A stretch of 64,000 bases of DNA, taken from assembly GCA_963662465.1 (NCBI GenBank), contig OY759599.1:160001-224000 (forward strand). The letters are read 5' to 3'. The position numbers were made by a program, and so were the translations under genes. This DNA is from Desulfatiglandales bacterium (GTDB lineage: Bacteria > Desulfobacterota > DSM-4660 > Desulfatiglandales > Desulfatiglandaceae). The notes below the pieces were generated by a model that worked only from the letters and a program-made list of their open reading frames with translations, was not told the origin of the DNA and did no database searches. This document shows, in pieces, positions 47,794 through 57,417 of the stretch (its first letter is position 1; the number at the start of each line of letters is the position of its first letter).

Positions 47794-49749
47794 TTACGCC
47801 AGCAGACCCCTTAACTCCGAAAGGATGACGCCCGTGGAAAAATGTCTCCCATTTATGGCGCCGCTGGGACAGGCAGCGACACAAACGCCGCATCCCCTGC
47901 ACATGGCCTGGTTGATGGAAACCGTTGCCCCACCATCCTCCATGGCAATGGCTTTGAATGCACAGAGGCTGATGCAGAGCAGGCATCCTGAGCAGATTGC
48001 CGGATCAATTTCACAGGCCATGGGCTCCAGCGCCAGTGGTTTTCCCGGCTGCAGTTTTCCCATGATTTTGCCGGCGGCGGCATGCCCCTGGGCCACCGAA
48101 GAGGGAATATCTTTAGGTCCCTGTGCGCATCCTGCCATAAAGATACCTTCCCTGACGGTGGAAACAGGATCTAGTTCAGTATCGGCCTCCTCAAAAAATC
48201 CGTCTTCCCCAAGTTTTACATCCAGAATCCCGGCTATTTTCTCTGTTCCCTCATCACGCTCCATGGCCGTCGCCAGAACCACCATATCGAATTCCCGTTG
48301 TTTCAGTTTCCCCGAGACATCGGTATGGGTAACGTTGATCCGTTCGGCGCCTTTTCGGATTTCAATGGCGTCCGGTTGCAACATGCGAAAAAAATCAATG
48401 CCATCCTTTTCCAGAACCTTCCGGTAGAAACGCTGAGCATCTTTTCCGGGAAGACACAAATCGGCATGAAACTCGCTAATCCCGGCTTCCGGCAACTGCA
48501 TCCTGGCCTGGTGTGCATGCTTGAGGGTCACCAGACAGCAAACGCCGGAACAGTAGTCATTGAATTTTTCCGTCCTCGACCCCACACAATGGATAAAGGC
48601 GATGTTTCGGGGAGGTTGACCGTTTTCCAGCAGAATTTTCCCCTCCGTGGGACCGGCTGAATTAACCAGTTGCTCAAATTCAAGACCGGTTAAAATGTCT
48701 TCGGACTTTCCATACCCATACCGGTCGTCTTTTTTCGGGTCAAAGGGGACGAAACCCGTGGCAATCACAAGAGCCCCCACCTTTAATTCCCGGATGCCGG
48801 CGGCTTCCTCATAGTGAATCGCGCCAAAGGGACAGGATGCCAGGCATGCGATGCATGGCTCATCCTGAAACCGCAAACAGTTCTTCTCGTCTATCAGCGC
48901 TACGTTGGGAAGGGCGCCCGGATAGGGGATATAGATGGCTTTGGGAACGGCCATTCCCCTCGTGAATGGACCGGGCACGGAAACGGGACAGGCTTCGAAA
49001 CAGGCGCCGCAGCCGATACAGGCATCAAGGTCCACATGACGCGCCTTTTGCCGGATCGTCGCGACAAAATTTCCTAAATATCCCTTTACCTCAAGGAGTT
49101 CGGTCAATGTCAGTACTTCAATGTCATCATGATGCAATACGGCATCCAATTGGGATTCCATCAAACAGGATGCACACACCATGTTCGGATAGAGATCTTC
49201 ATGCCGAGCAACCCTGCCTCCGATACAGGGCTCTTTCTCCAGGAGATATACCTTCCGGTTCTTTTGTGCAATGGTCAGCGCCGCGCTGATCCCCGCAACA
49301 CCCGCGCCCACCACCAGGACATCCGCACAGCATGCGATGGTTTTCATCTCGATAGGCGCATGCAGGCTCACCCGTTTGATGGCCCCACGAATCAGTGCCG
49401 CGGCTTTTTGGGTAGCGTTACGCTTATCTGTTATTACCCAGGCGCACTGTTCCCGAATGTTGGCTATCTGCAGGAGAAAAGGATTGAGCCCTGCCGCTTT
49501 CAAGACCTCCCGAAAGGTGGCTTCATGTTCCTTAGGCGAACAGCCTGCGATGACAACCCGCGACAACTTGTGGGCTTGAATGTCTTCCTTCAGGAACTTT
49601 TTCCCATCCGGCGAACACAGAAAATCGAAAGATTTCGCCATCACCACATCTTCTTGCGCCCTTGCGGTTTCCAGCAACGCCGCAATGTCCACGGTATCTT
49701 TGATATTGGGACCGCATTCGCAAATATATATGCCGATTCTTTGAAACAT
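47794..49749 (-). CDS. hdrA: Heterodisulfide reductase subunit A-like flavoprotein
   Basis: ICECGPNI, AGCSP, NIREQCAW, GAGVAG, CVGSR, GCAQGPKDI, ferredoxin motifs. Confidence 0.95.
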   Translation of the reverse strand: MFQRIGIYICECGPNIKDTVDIAALLETARAQEDVVMAKSFDFLCSPDGKKFLKEDIQAHKLSRVVIAGCSPKEHEATFREVLKAAGLNPFLLQIANIREQCAWVITDKRNATQKAAALIRGAIKRVSLHAPIEMKTIACCADVLVVGAGVAGISAALTIAQKNRKVYLLEKEPCIGGRVARHEDLYPNMVCASCLMESQLDAVLHHDDIEVLTLTELLEVKGYLGNFVATIRQKARHVDLDACIGCGACFEACPVSVPGPFTRGMAVPKAIYIPYPGALPNVALIDEKNCLRFQDEPCIACLASCPFGAIHYEEAAGIRELKVGALVIATGFVPFDPKKDDRYGYGKSEDILTGLEFEQLVNSAGPTEGKILLENGQPPRNIAFIHCVGSRTEKFNDYCSGVCCLVTLKHAHQARMQLPEAGISEFHADLCLPGKDAQRFYRKVLEKDGIDFFRMLQPDAIEIRKGAERINVTHTDVSGKLKQREFDMVVLATAMERDEGTEKIAGILDVKLGEDGFFEEADTELDPVSTVREGIFMAGCAQGPKDIPSSVAQGHAAAGKIMGKLQPGKPLALEPMACEIDPAICSGCLLCISLCAFKAIAMEDGGATVSINQAMCRGCGVCVAACPSGAINGRHFSTGVILSELRGLLA

Positions 49750-49809
49750 ATTGTAATTCCGATGCCCGAAGCCTGGTGGCATGCCAACGGTACACAAGCT
49801 GTTTCGGGG

Positions 49810-49911
49810 TTATTTGTTCTTCTTCTTTTCCTGTTTGGCCAGCTTCTTTTCCTTCGCGGTTTTTTGTGGTTTTTTCTTCTCGGCTTTTTTGGCGTTTTCT
49901 GACTTGGACAT
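49810..49911 (-). CDS. 33-aa lysine-rich small protein (not in the ORF track)
   Basis: MSKSENAKKAEKKKPQKTAKEKKLAKQEKKKNK; GGAGG RBS. Confidence 0.6.
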   Translation of the reverse strand: MSKSENAKKAEKKKPQKTAKEKKLAKQEKKKNK

Positions 49912-50218
49912 GCGGCACCCTCCCTTTTATATGCTTATGAATTCATAACAATACCATCTATCTCCGATAAATACAAACAACAAGCTTGATAATCCTGTCA
50001 ATAAGAGCGCGGAACCTTGCGAGGGGAATATGGCATTCATATGGGACTCGATGTGGATGGTGGTTGTTTCGGCCCCGAGGATCCGGGCCTGGAACAGCGG
50101 GGACCCGATCGGAATTGTGAAAGACCGAGTACGGTTTTCCTTGACATGCCGTCACTTTTATTATTCCATCAGTTCCAGTTTTGAACCCATATGCCGCTAA
50201 ACCAACCGAAAGATACTC

Positions 50219-52510
50219 ATGTCGCTGAAATTAAAGGCCGGACTCATTTTCCTCGGGATTTTCATTTTATACTGTGCCACTGACTATGCGCTTCAGAAAT
50301 TCGTCATTTTCCCAAGCTTCATTGAATTGGAACACGCCGAAGCCGGTAAAGACCTGGAACGGGCAATAGCGGCGATAAAGGGGGAAGTTCAACATCTCAA
50401 CACCTTCTGCTGGGATTGGTCCGCATGGGATGACACCTATGAATTCGTTGCAGACCCATCACGCAAATATATCGAAAGCAATCTGACCACGACCACCTTC
50501 ACCGATAACCGCATCAATCTCATCTATTTCGTTAATAGTGTCGGAACCGTTGTCTGGGGTGAAATCCGTGATCTGAAAAGTGAAAAACGGATAAGCCTGA
50601 AGGGTTTTGAAGTGGGTACGCTTAAAGACCGGCATGCCCTTTTTCCTCCGGAAAAGGGCGGCGGGAAACTTTCGGAGAATTCCGTCTCCGGGTTGCTGGC
50701 CACCGAAAAAGGACCCATGCTGGTTGCCTCTCGGCCCATACTCACCAGTGAAAATGAGGGACCTGCTCGGGGAACCCTGATTATGGGTCGGTTTCTGGAT
50801 GACCGTTTGATTGAAAATCTCGTGAACCAGTCCAAGGTCTTTTTTCGAATTCAGCCGGTTCTTGCGGGCTCACTTCCTGGGTTTGAGAAGAAAACGGCCG
50901 CCGGAAAGGACTCGAAATATTCCATCGAACAGCAAGGAAAAGAGCATCTGTGCATTCAGACGCCGTTGCCCGATGTGATCGGCAAAGATAACTTTTTGAT
51001 ATCCGCGGTGGTCCACAGAACGATTTCCCTGAAAGGTTATGAAACAACGCGGTATGCCTTCGTTACGGGTTTTGTTTCCGTGCTGGTGATGCTGATCATG
51101 ATGTTGTTCGTTTTGCAGCGGACCATTCTCAGGCCCATGGTAAGGTTAAAGAATCATGCGCTTGCTGTTGGAAAGACCGGCGATCTTTCGTCCCGCCTCA
51201 AAATGCGACGCCGGGATGAAATCGGCGAACTGGCCGGAGGATTTGACGCCATGTTGGAGAAGCTGGAAGAGCGGACGGAAAAAGTTGCGCGATTGAACCA
51301 GGACATGAAAAAAGACATGGCGAGGCGTATCGAGGCGGAGGCGGCTTTGCGGGAAAGTGAAAAGAAACGCTTCAGGTCAAAAAAAATGGAATCCCTGGGC
51401 CTCATGGCCGGGGGCATTGCCCACGATTTGAACAACATTCTCTCGGGAATCGTCAGTTATCCGGAATTGCTGCTCATGGATTTGCCGAAAGACAGTTCTC
51501 TAAGGAAGCCCATCAACACGATCCGTGAATCCGGTTTGAGAGCAGCGGGTGTGGTGGCGGATTTGTTAACTGTGGCTAGGGGCGTTGCCGCGGATAAGCA
51601 GGTTATGAATTTAAACCGGATAGTTGAAGAATACCTGCATTCGCCTGAACACAAAAAAAATGCCGCGGTGCATTTTTCGGTCCGGTTGAAAGTTGATCTT
51701 GATTCTTCTCCGTTTAATATATGGTGCTCGCCGGTTCATATCAAAAAAATCCTGATGAACCTGGTTTTGAACGCTTTGGAGGCCATTGAAGACCGGGGTA
51801 CCGTGACGATTTCAACGGTAAACCGGTATTTGGATGAGCCGTTAAAGGGATATGCGGAGGTCCGTATTGGCGAGTATGCAGTACTGAGGGTGTCGGATGA
51901 TGGGTCGGGGATCTCTTGTGCGGATCTGGATCGTATTTTCGAACCGTTCTATACCCGAAAAGTAATGGGCCGAAGCGGCACGGGCCTGGGGTTGGCGGTG
52001 GTCTGGAATACGGTTCAGGAACATGATGGATATATTAATGTCCTGAGCAACGAAAAAGGCACCCTGTTTGAGCTTTATTTCCCGATTACCCGAAATCAAC
52101 CGACGATGGCGCAAGAGGAGATTCCACTTAAAGAATATCTGGGTCATGGGGAGAAAATCCTGGTGGTTGACGACGAGGCTCAGCAAAGAGAAATCGCCCG
52201 CGGAATGCTGGTTCGTCTGGGCTACCATGTTGAATCTGTGGCCAGTGGGGAAGAGGCCGTTGAATATGTAAAACACCATGCCGTGGATCTTATGGTTCTG
52301 GATATGTTGATGCCCGAAGGGATCAATGGCCGTGAAACATACGAGCGGATTTTGGCTATTCGTCCCTCCCAGAAGGCGATTATCGCCAGCGGATTTTCTA
52401 AAACAGAGGATGCGAAAGTTACGCAACGGTTGGGCGCGGGAAAGTACCTCCAAAAGCCCTATACCCTTGAAACCATGGGGCTTGCTGTTAAGGGAGAACT
52501 GGATAAATAA
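50219..52510 (+). CDS. Membrane hybrid histidine kinase (CHASE4, HAMP, HisKA, REC)
   Basis: WDWSAWDDTYEF CHASE4 signature, two TMs, RRDEIGELA, AHDLNNIL, REC. Confidence 0.93.
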   Translation: MSLKLKAGLIFLGIFILYCATDYALQKFVIFPSFIELEHAEAGKDLERAIAAIKGEVQHLNTFCWDWSAWDDTYEFVADPSRKYIESNLTTTTFTDNRINLIYFVNSVGTVVWGEIRDLKSEKRISLKGFEVGTLKDRHALFPPEKGGGKLSENSVSGLLATEKGPMLVASRPILTSENEGPARGTLIMGRFLDDRLIENLVNQSKVFFRIQPVLAGSLPGFEKKTAAGKDSKYSIEQQGKEHLCIQTPLPDVIGKDNFLISAVVHRTISLKGYETTRYAFVTGFVSVLVMLIMMLFVLQRTILRPMVRLKNHALAVGKTGDLSSRLKMRRRDEIGELAGGFDAMLEKLEERTEKVARLNQDMKKDMARRIEAEAALRESEKKRFRSKKMESLGLMAGGIAHDLNNILSGIVSYPELLLMDLPKDSSLRKPINTIRESGLRAAGVVADLLTVARGVAADKQVMNLNRIVEEYLHSPEHKKNAAVHFSVRLKVDLDSSPFNIWCSPVHIKKILMNLVLNALEAIEDRGTVTISTVNRYLDEPLKGYAEVRIGEYAVLRVSDDGSGISCADLDRIFEPFYTRKVMGRSGTGLGLAVVWNTVQEHDGYINVLSNEKGTLFELYFPITRNQPTMAQEEIPLKEYLGHGEKILVVDDEAQQREIARGMLVRLGYHVESVASGEEAVEYVKHHAVDLMVLDMLMPEGINGRETYERILAIRPSQKAIIASGFSKTEDAKVTQRLGAGKYLQKPYTLETMGLAVKGELDK

Positions 52511-52541
52511 GCGGTCTTCCAGGTCCTCACCTGCTACTTAT

Positions 52542-53033
52542 CTATGATTCGCCGCAAAGTCCCGTGAAGATGCGTCTGAGGATCTTCTCATCAATTCGTT
52601 CCATGAGAATATCATCGTAATCCGGTTCATATGTCTCAACTTCCGAATCGCCTGGATGGGTTGATGCCGGGTTTTCCAACGTAAATAGGGGACCGTTGTG
52701 GGAGGGAAGTTCGCATTCGAAGCCCCGGTTGTTTTCAATCCATCGGTCGCAATCGTCATGGCTTCCCACATAGGCGGCAATCAGATGGCCTCCCTGTTTG
52801 ATGCAAACCAGCCGGTATCCGCCTCCCAGATTGTATTTTCGGCAGCCGTTGATCCTGAGTTCACCATGTTTGGTTCGCCGGTTGACGATTTCAACTGTCT
52901 GGTAATCGCCGGAAGCGAATCTTTCAATGATGTCTTCCGCTCGAAGAGCCGCCTGTGAGGCGGTTTTGTCACCCCTGGAGAGGGCATCCAGGGATTTTTT
53001 AAAGCTTGCCTCGCGATGAATGTAAAGGTCCAT
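52542..53033 (-). CDS. Hypothetical protein with a RelE-like fold
   Basis: SFKKSL…RKYNLGGGYRLVC…YVGSHDDCDRW, acidic tail; GGAGG RBS before ATG 53033. Confidence 0.6.
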   Translation of the reverse strand: MDLYIHREASFKKSLDALSRGDKTASQAALRAEDIIERFASGDYQTVEIVNRRTKHGELRINGCRKYNLGGGYRLVCIKQGGHLIAAYVGSHDDCDRWIENNRGFECELPSHNGPLFTLENPASTHPGDSEVETYEPDYDDILMERIDEKILRRIFTGLCGES

Positions 53034-53067
53034 TTTTGATTGCCTGGCCTCCGGTTTGTTTTCAGTT

Positions 53068-53820
53068 TCAGGATGCCGTTCGGCCGGACAACAGGGCAGC
53101 ACCCAAGGCGCCCATCATCTGCGGATTTTCCGGTATGAGAACTTCCTGGTTTAATGTCTCTTCCAGCAATTGACGCATGCAGGGGTTATTGGCGACCCCG
53201 CCGGCGAATACGATGGGACCGTGTGAGGAGACCCGTTTGATCATTCCCACGGCCCGGCGGACCACGCTGCGATGAAGCCCCAGGGCAATGGCGCGTCTGT
53301 CCTGTCCCCTGGCCACGAGGGAGGTAACTTCCGATTCCGCAAATACGGTGCACATGCTGTTGATGTGCAGGTCTTTATCGGCTTTCAGGGCTTCGGGGCC
53401 GAATTCCGCCAGTTGAAACCCCAGGGTGCGGGCCATGATCTCCAGGAATTTGCCTGTTCCCGCCGCACAGCGGTCATTCATTTCGAATTTTTTGACGGTT
53501 CCATTTCCGTTCATGGCAATGGCCTTGCTGTCCTGTCCCCCGATGTCCAGAATGGTCCCGACTTCCGGGATAAGGGCGCTTACCCCCACCCCGTAAGCTT
53601 TGATTTCAGTTACCGTCGGGGCGTCAAAGGCAATTTCAAAGAGGTTCCGACCGTAGCCTGTGGCCATGATCCTGTCGAACGTAATGTCCTTAAGCACTTC
53701 CCCGACCTGGGCCATGGGGTCGAAACCGGTATCCGTTTGTCTGCGGATCAAAACCTCCCCGTTTTCCACAACCACGACTTCAATGGATCTGGAGCCGATG
53801 TCGATGCCAGCATGCCTCAT
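53068..53820 (-). CDS. ASKHA ATPase / acyl-CoA dehydratase activase (DCCP reductase-like)
   Basis: GIDIGS, ATGYGR, LDIGGQDSK, MNDRCAAGTG, SMCTVFAESEV. Confidence 0.92.
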   Translation of the reverse strand: MRHAGIDIGSRSIEVVVVENGEVLIRRQTDTGFDPMAQVGEVLKDITFDRIMATGYGRNLFEIAFDAPTVTEIKAYGVGVSALIPEVGTILDIGGQDSKAIAMNGNGTVKKFEMNDRCAAGTGKFLEIMARTLGFQLAEFGPEALKADKDLHINSMCTVFAESEVTSLVARGQDRRAIALGLHRSVVRRAVGMIKRVSSHGPIVFAGGVANNPCMRQLLEETLNQEVLIPENPQMMGALGAALLSGRTAS

Positions 53821-53833
53821 GTAAATCCCCCGG

Positions 53834-55114
53834 TTACGGTTTCACCATTTCAATAAAGGCTTCCACCCGCGTTTTTAGCTGACCCACATCCTCCATGCCG
53901 TAGTCCGTGTCGATGCGCAGGGTAGGGATCCCTTTTGCTTCAAGGGCCTTTTCAACGGGCATGGATTCAGCAATATAGGGCTGGCAGAACTGAAGCCCGT
54001 AATGGATGATGCCGTCCGCTTTATATTCTCGGAACATCTCTTCCACATGGGCTAGCCGATCCGGGTTGGGGGTGAAAATGGCGCAATCGACCTTGAAATG
54101 ACGGTCAACAATGGCTTCCATGAGTTCTTCCATGGTGTTGCCGCCGGCATCCGTCAGATTTCGCGTTCCCCGTTCCCCCACGCAGGACTCCTCCCCCACG
54201 ATTACCGCTCCCGATGTTTCGATGATCCAGGGCAGCTTCCAGTTGGGGACCGCCATGGGGCATCCGGACATAAGGATTCTGGGAGCGCCTTTGGGAAAGG
54301 GGCCTTCCATTTTTTCAATGCGGCGTTCCAGTTCATCACAGATTTTGTTGACGGAATCCGTAAATCGGACCGGATCATCATAGAAAAACACCTGGTTGGC
54401 CAGAAGCGCATCCAGGCCGGAGATAGGGGCCGGATCCGCTTTCCTGAGCAACGCGAGCCTGTGAATGGCTTTCCGTTTGTTGTTGACGATTTCGATGCCT
54501 TTTTTAAGCCTTTTCGCATCGATGGTCACTCCGGTCAGTTTTTCCACCGCCTCCTTGAAGCGGAAATACTCGGCTCGAAGAAGCGCGAGCCCCTCGGAGG
54601 ATTTCGTTTGGGGCAGGTCCATTACATAGAGATTGGGCACCAGATCTTTTAGAATTTCATAGGATTTTTTCTTGCCGTCACAGGTGTTTTCTCCCACAAT
54701 CATGTCCGCTGACTCAAGATAGGGACACACCTTTCCCAACTTGAACCCGAAGGCGGATTTGATCAGGGAACAGGTGTTTCGGGGAAGGATCTTTTCCACG
54801 TCCTCCGTGGCAAAATCAGCACCGGTACACAACCCCACCAGTGTGGCGTCGGCGGCTCGTACGATTTCCTCGGGCACAAAGACGCAGAAAGAACCGATGA
54901 CCTTGCGGTCGGCCGCTTTTTCATCCATCAGTTCCTTGATGCGCAGGCCATGGACTTCGCTGATGACAAAATCGAAATATCCCATGCCTTCCGGACGGTC
55001 TTTCTGGGCCAGATAAATATCCTGGTATCCCTTTCCCAGAACTTCCAGGAGCATATCATGAGCCGCTAGATCAAGGTCCAGGTCCTTCCACATACTTCGG
55101 TATGGTTCACTCAT
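53834..55114 (-). CDS. Double-cubane-cluster protein (2-hydroxyacyl-CoA dehydratase family)
   Basis: DLAAHD, RPEGMGYFD..SEVHG, FCVFVPEE, GENTCDGKKK, EESCVGER, CAIFTPN, QFCQPY, TRVEAF. Confidence 0.85.
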   Translation of the reverse strand: MSEPYRSMWKDLDLDLAAHDMLLEVLGKGYQDIYLAQKDRPEGMGYFDFVISEVHGLRIKELMDEKAADRKVIGSFCVFVPEEIVRAADATLVGLCTGADFATEDVEKILPRNTCSLIKSAFGFKLGKVCPYLESADMIVGENTCDGKKKSYEILKDLVPNLYVMDLPQTKSSEGLALLRAEYFRFKEAVEKLTGVTIDAKRLKKGIEIVNNKRKAIHRLALLRKADPAPISGLDALLANQVFFYDDPVRFTDSVNKICDELERRIEKMEGPFPKGAPRILMSGCPMAVPNWKLPWIIETSGAVIVGEESCVGERGTRNLTDAGGNTMEELMEAIVDRHFKVDCAIFTPNPDRLAHVEEMFREYKADGIIHYGLQFCQPYIAESMPVEKALEAKGIPTLRIDTDYGMEDVGQLKTRVEAFIEMVKP

Positions 55115-55277
55115 TTGTTATTTTCCCCTTTTCGAAAATTATGATATGTATATTTTTAGAAATCAGGTAGAAATTATTCCAGGCAGTCCTATATGTCAAA
55201 CTGGAAAGTCCGATGTTTTATCGGATAAGCGCGGGTGATTCCGATGCTTGATGATCATCAAAGGAGGATTGAAAAAA

Positions 55278-55829
55278 ATGAATGCGCATGTTTGCCCCTG
55301 GTGGCTGGCTTACACCTTTGACCACCGATTGAGGCTTTGGGCTCACAATCCGGAAAAACTGTTCGGAAGATATGTCAAGCCCAACATGACGGCGGTGGAC
55401 CTGGGATGCGGCATGGGGTTCAACACCATGGGCCTGGCTGGGCTGGTGGGGCCTGGTGGTCGTGTGGTGGCGGTGGATATTCAGCGGAAAATGCTGGATG
55501 TGGTCATGAAAAGGGCGAAAAAACAGGGGATGGAAGACCGCATTGACACCCATCTAGCGCATCCTGACGATCTGATGCTGCATGTGAAAGCGGATTTTAT
55601 CCTAGCCTTTTACATGGTACACGAAGTCTGCGATCCGGCGCGATTGATGGCGCAGGTAGCGGAAAATCTGAATGTTGAGGGTCGATTTATAATGATTGAG
55701 CCGCCCTTTCATGTTTCCAGGCGTGGGTTTGACAAAAGTATCGCCGCAGCCCGGGATTCTGGCCTGGTTCTGGAAGATCGGTACAAAATTCGTTTTGGTC
55801 GCACTGCGGTAATGACCAGAAAAACGTAA
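55278..55829 (+). CDS. Class I SAM-dependent methyltransferase
   Basis: HVCPWW, VDLGCGMG, VDIQ. Confidence 0.9.
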   Translation: MNAHVCPWWLAYTFDHRLRLWAHNPEKLFGRYVKPNMTAVDLGCGMGFNTMGLAGLVGPGGRVVAVDIQRKMLDVVMKRAKKQGMEDRIDTHLAHPDDLMLHVKADFILAFYMVHEVCDPARLMAQVAENLNVEGRFIMIEPPFHVSRRGFDKSIAAARDSGLVLEDRYKIRFGRTAVMTRKT

Positions 55830-55843
55830 GGGGTGTTGACCGT

Positions 55844-55883
55844 AACACCAGCTCCAAAAGAAACCGTTGTTGGAGCTGGTGTT
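55844..55883. terminator. Hairpin between convergent genes
   Basis: AACACCAGCTCCAA-N12-TTGGAGCTGGTGTT. Confidence 0.65.
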
Positions 55884-55899
55884 GTTTATCACATCCGAC

Positions 55900-57222
55900 C
55901 TACCACTCCTGATCAAGGTCCACGCCCAGGGCTTCCCACTGGGCTTTTCCCTCAGCATCTCCCTTAGCAATTTCCTCCTCCGTCCACGGCTCCAGGATGA
56001 GAGAATCGGCAATCAGCTCCCAGATGTATTTCACTTCGTAGGGATAATCCGGGTAATATTTGGGAACGCGCTTCATCAGTTGATCATGGCAGTTGGAACA
56101 GGCGGTGAGCATTACGTTGGCGCCGCTGTTTTTGATGCCTTCATATTTTTTCCGGCCCTGAAAGGCCGCTTCATCCTCATAGGGTCCGGGCCACATGCCG
56201 CCCCCCGCGCCACAGCAGAATGCATTGGCTCGATTCGGTTCCATGTCCACAAAATTATCCACGCACTGCTCGATGATCCATCGGGGTTCCTCATAATAGC
56301 CCTTGCCGAAGTGACGCTCCAGTTCCCTGCCGTGCTTACAGGAATCATGCCATGTGAAAATTTTCCCCTCATTTACGCTTTTATCAATTTTAATCCTTCC
56401 CGATTTAATGAGTTCTATCAGGTAGTCATAGAGATAGATATATTCAATCTTATTTTCGGGATTTTCCTCAAGGCACGTTTTCATTCCCACGCGACAACCA
56501 TAGGAGCCGCCACCGCAGTCGGGCATGATCATCCGCTTGATCCGGTGTTCTTTCATAAAGTCGATTTTGCGTTGGGCAAAGGTCTTCATGTATTCGTAAT
56601 TGCCGGTAAAAAGACCCCAATCCACCGATTCCCAGTCTTTGGAAGGAACGGTCCAGTTTTCCCTTGCCGCATAAAATATTTTCCACCACCACTTCATATC
56701 ATCATTGTCGGCAAAGACCTCTTTGGAATTGGGGAAAAAAAGGATGTCCGCGTCATCCTTATCAACGGGCACATAAAATCCGGGGTATTCCTCTTCCGCC
56801 ATTTCCACGCCCATGTCTGACAGCAGGAAAAAATAGTCCTCCTGGGGAATGGCCATATTGTTTCCGGTATTAAAGTTGTTCTCCGCCCCTTTGTGAAGAA
56901 TGCCCGGCACCTCGTCCCTGGGCCGCAAATGCTTCATATGGAGCATGACATAAGGGATATCAATGCCCATTGGGCAGGCAAAGGCGCAACGACCGCAACC
57001 GGTGCATACCCACGGGAATTTGGATTCCACCACTTCATCTACCAGACCTAAGGCCAGCATTCGGATGACTTTTCTCGGATCCCAGCCTTCCATGCCGGGG
57101 GTTCCCGTGACGGGGCAGCCATTGGTGCAGGTGCCGCAGGTAAAACAGGCGTTTAGATCGAATTTTGACAAGTGTGAGGCAATATCTTCCGGTAATCTTC
57201 TGGGTGTGACAATTTCCTGCAT
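55900..57222 (-). CDS. HdrC/HdrD-like Fe-S oxidoreductase (4Fe-4S + CCG domain)
   Basis: CFTCGTCTNGCP, CTGCGRCAFACP, WHDSC, CCGAGGG, TACSNC. Confidence 0.9.
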   Translation of the reverse strand: MQEIVTPRRLPEDIASHLSKFDLNACFTCGTCTNGCPVTGTPGMEGWDPRKVIRMLALGLVDEVVESKFPWVCTGCGRCAFACPMGIDIPYVMLHMKHLRPRDEVPGILHKGAENNFNTGNNMAIPQEDYFFLLSDMGVEMAEEEYPGFYVPVDKDDADILFFPNSKEVFADNDDMKWWWKIFYAARENWTVPSKDWESVDWGLFTGNYEYMKTFAQRKIDFMKEHRIKRMIMPDCGGGSYGCRVGMKTCLEENPENKIEYIYLYDYLIELIKSGRIKIDKSVNEGKIFTWHDSCKHGRELERHFGKGYYEEPRWIIEQCVDNFVDMEPNRANAFCCGAGGGMWPGPYEDEAAFQGRKKYEGIKNSGANVMLTACSNCHDQLMKRVPKYYPDYPYEVKYIWELIADSLILEPWTEEEIAKGDAEGKAQWEALGVDLDQEW

Positions 57223-57417
57223 GGGGGGGTCCTCCATAAATAAATAATTAAAGACATCTCATTTTAATGAAACCGTAAGATGAAAACATGCGAACCGCTT
57301 TTTTAACTGCATTTCATAAAGCTTTGCAGAAATTATTTCAAGTATCTCCGTTTGTCAAGTGGTAAAGCCCGATAGATCATTTGGGGCCTGCCGATTTCGC
57401 CTACCTTAGAGCGTTAT

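Noticed and set aside
55867..56820. Long antisense ORFs (also 22484-23341, 27481-28350, 61936-62892, 18070-18789)
   Set aside because: Shadow frames opposite well-supported genes.
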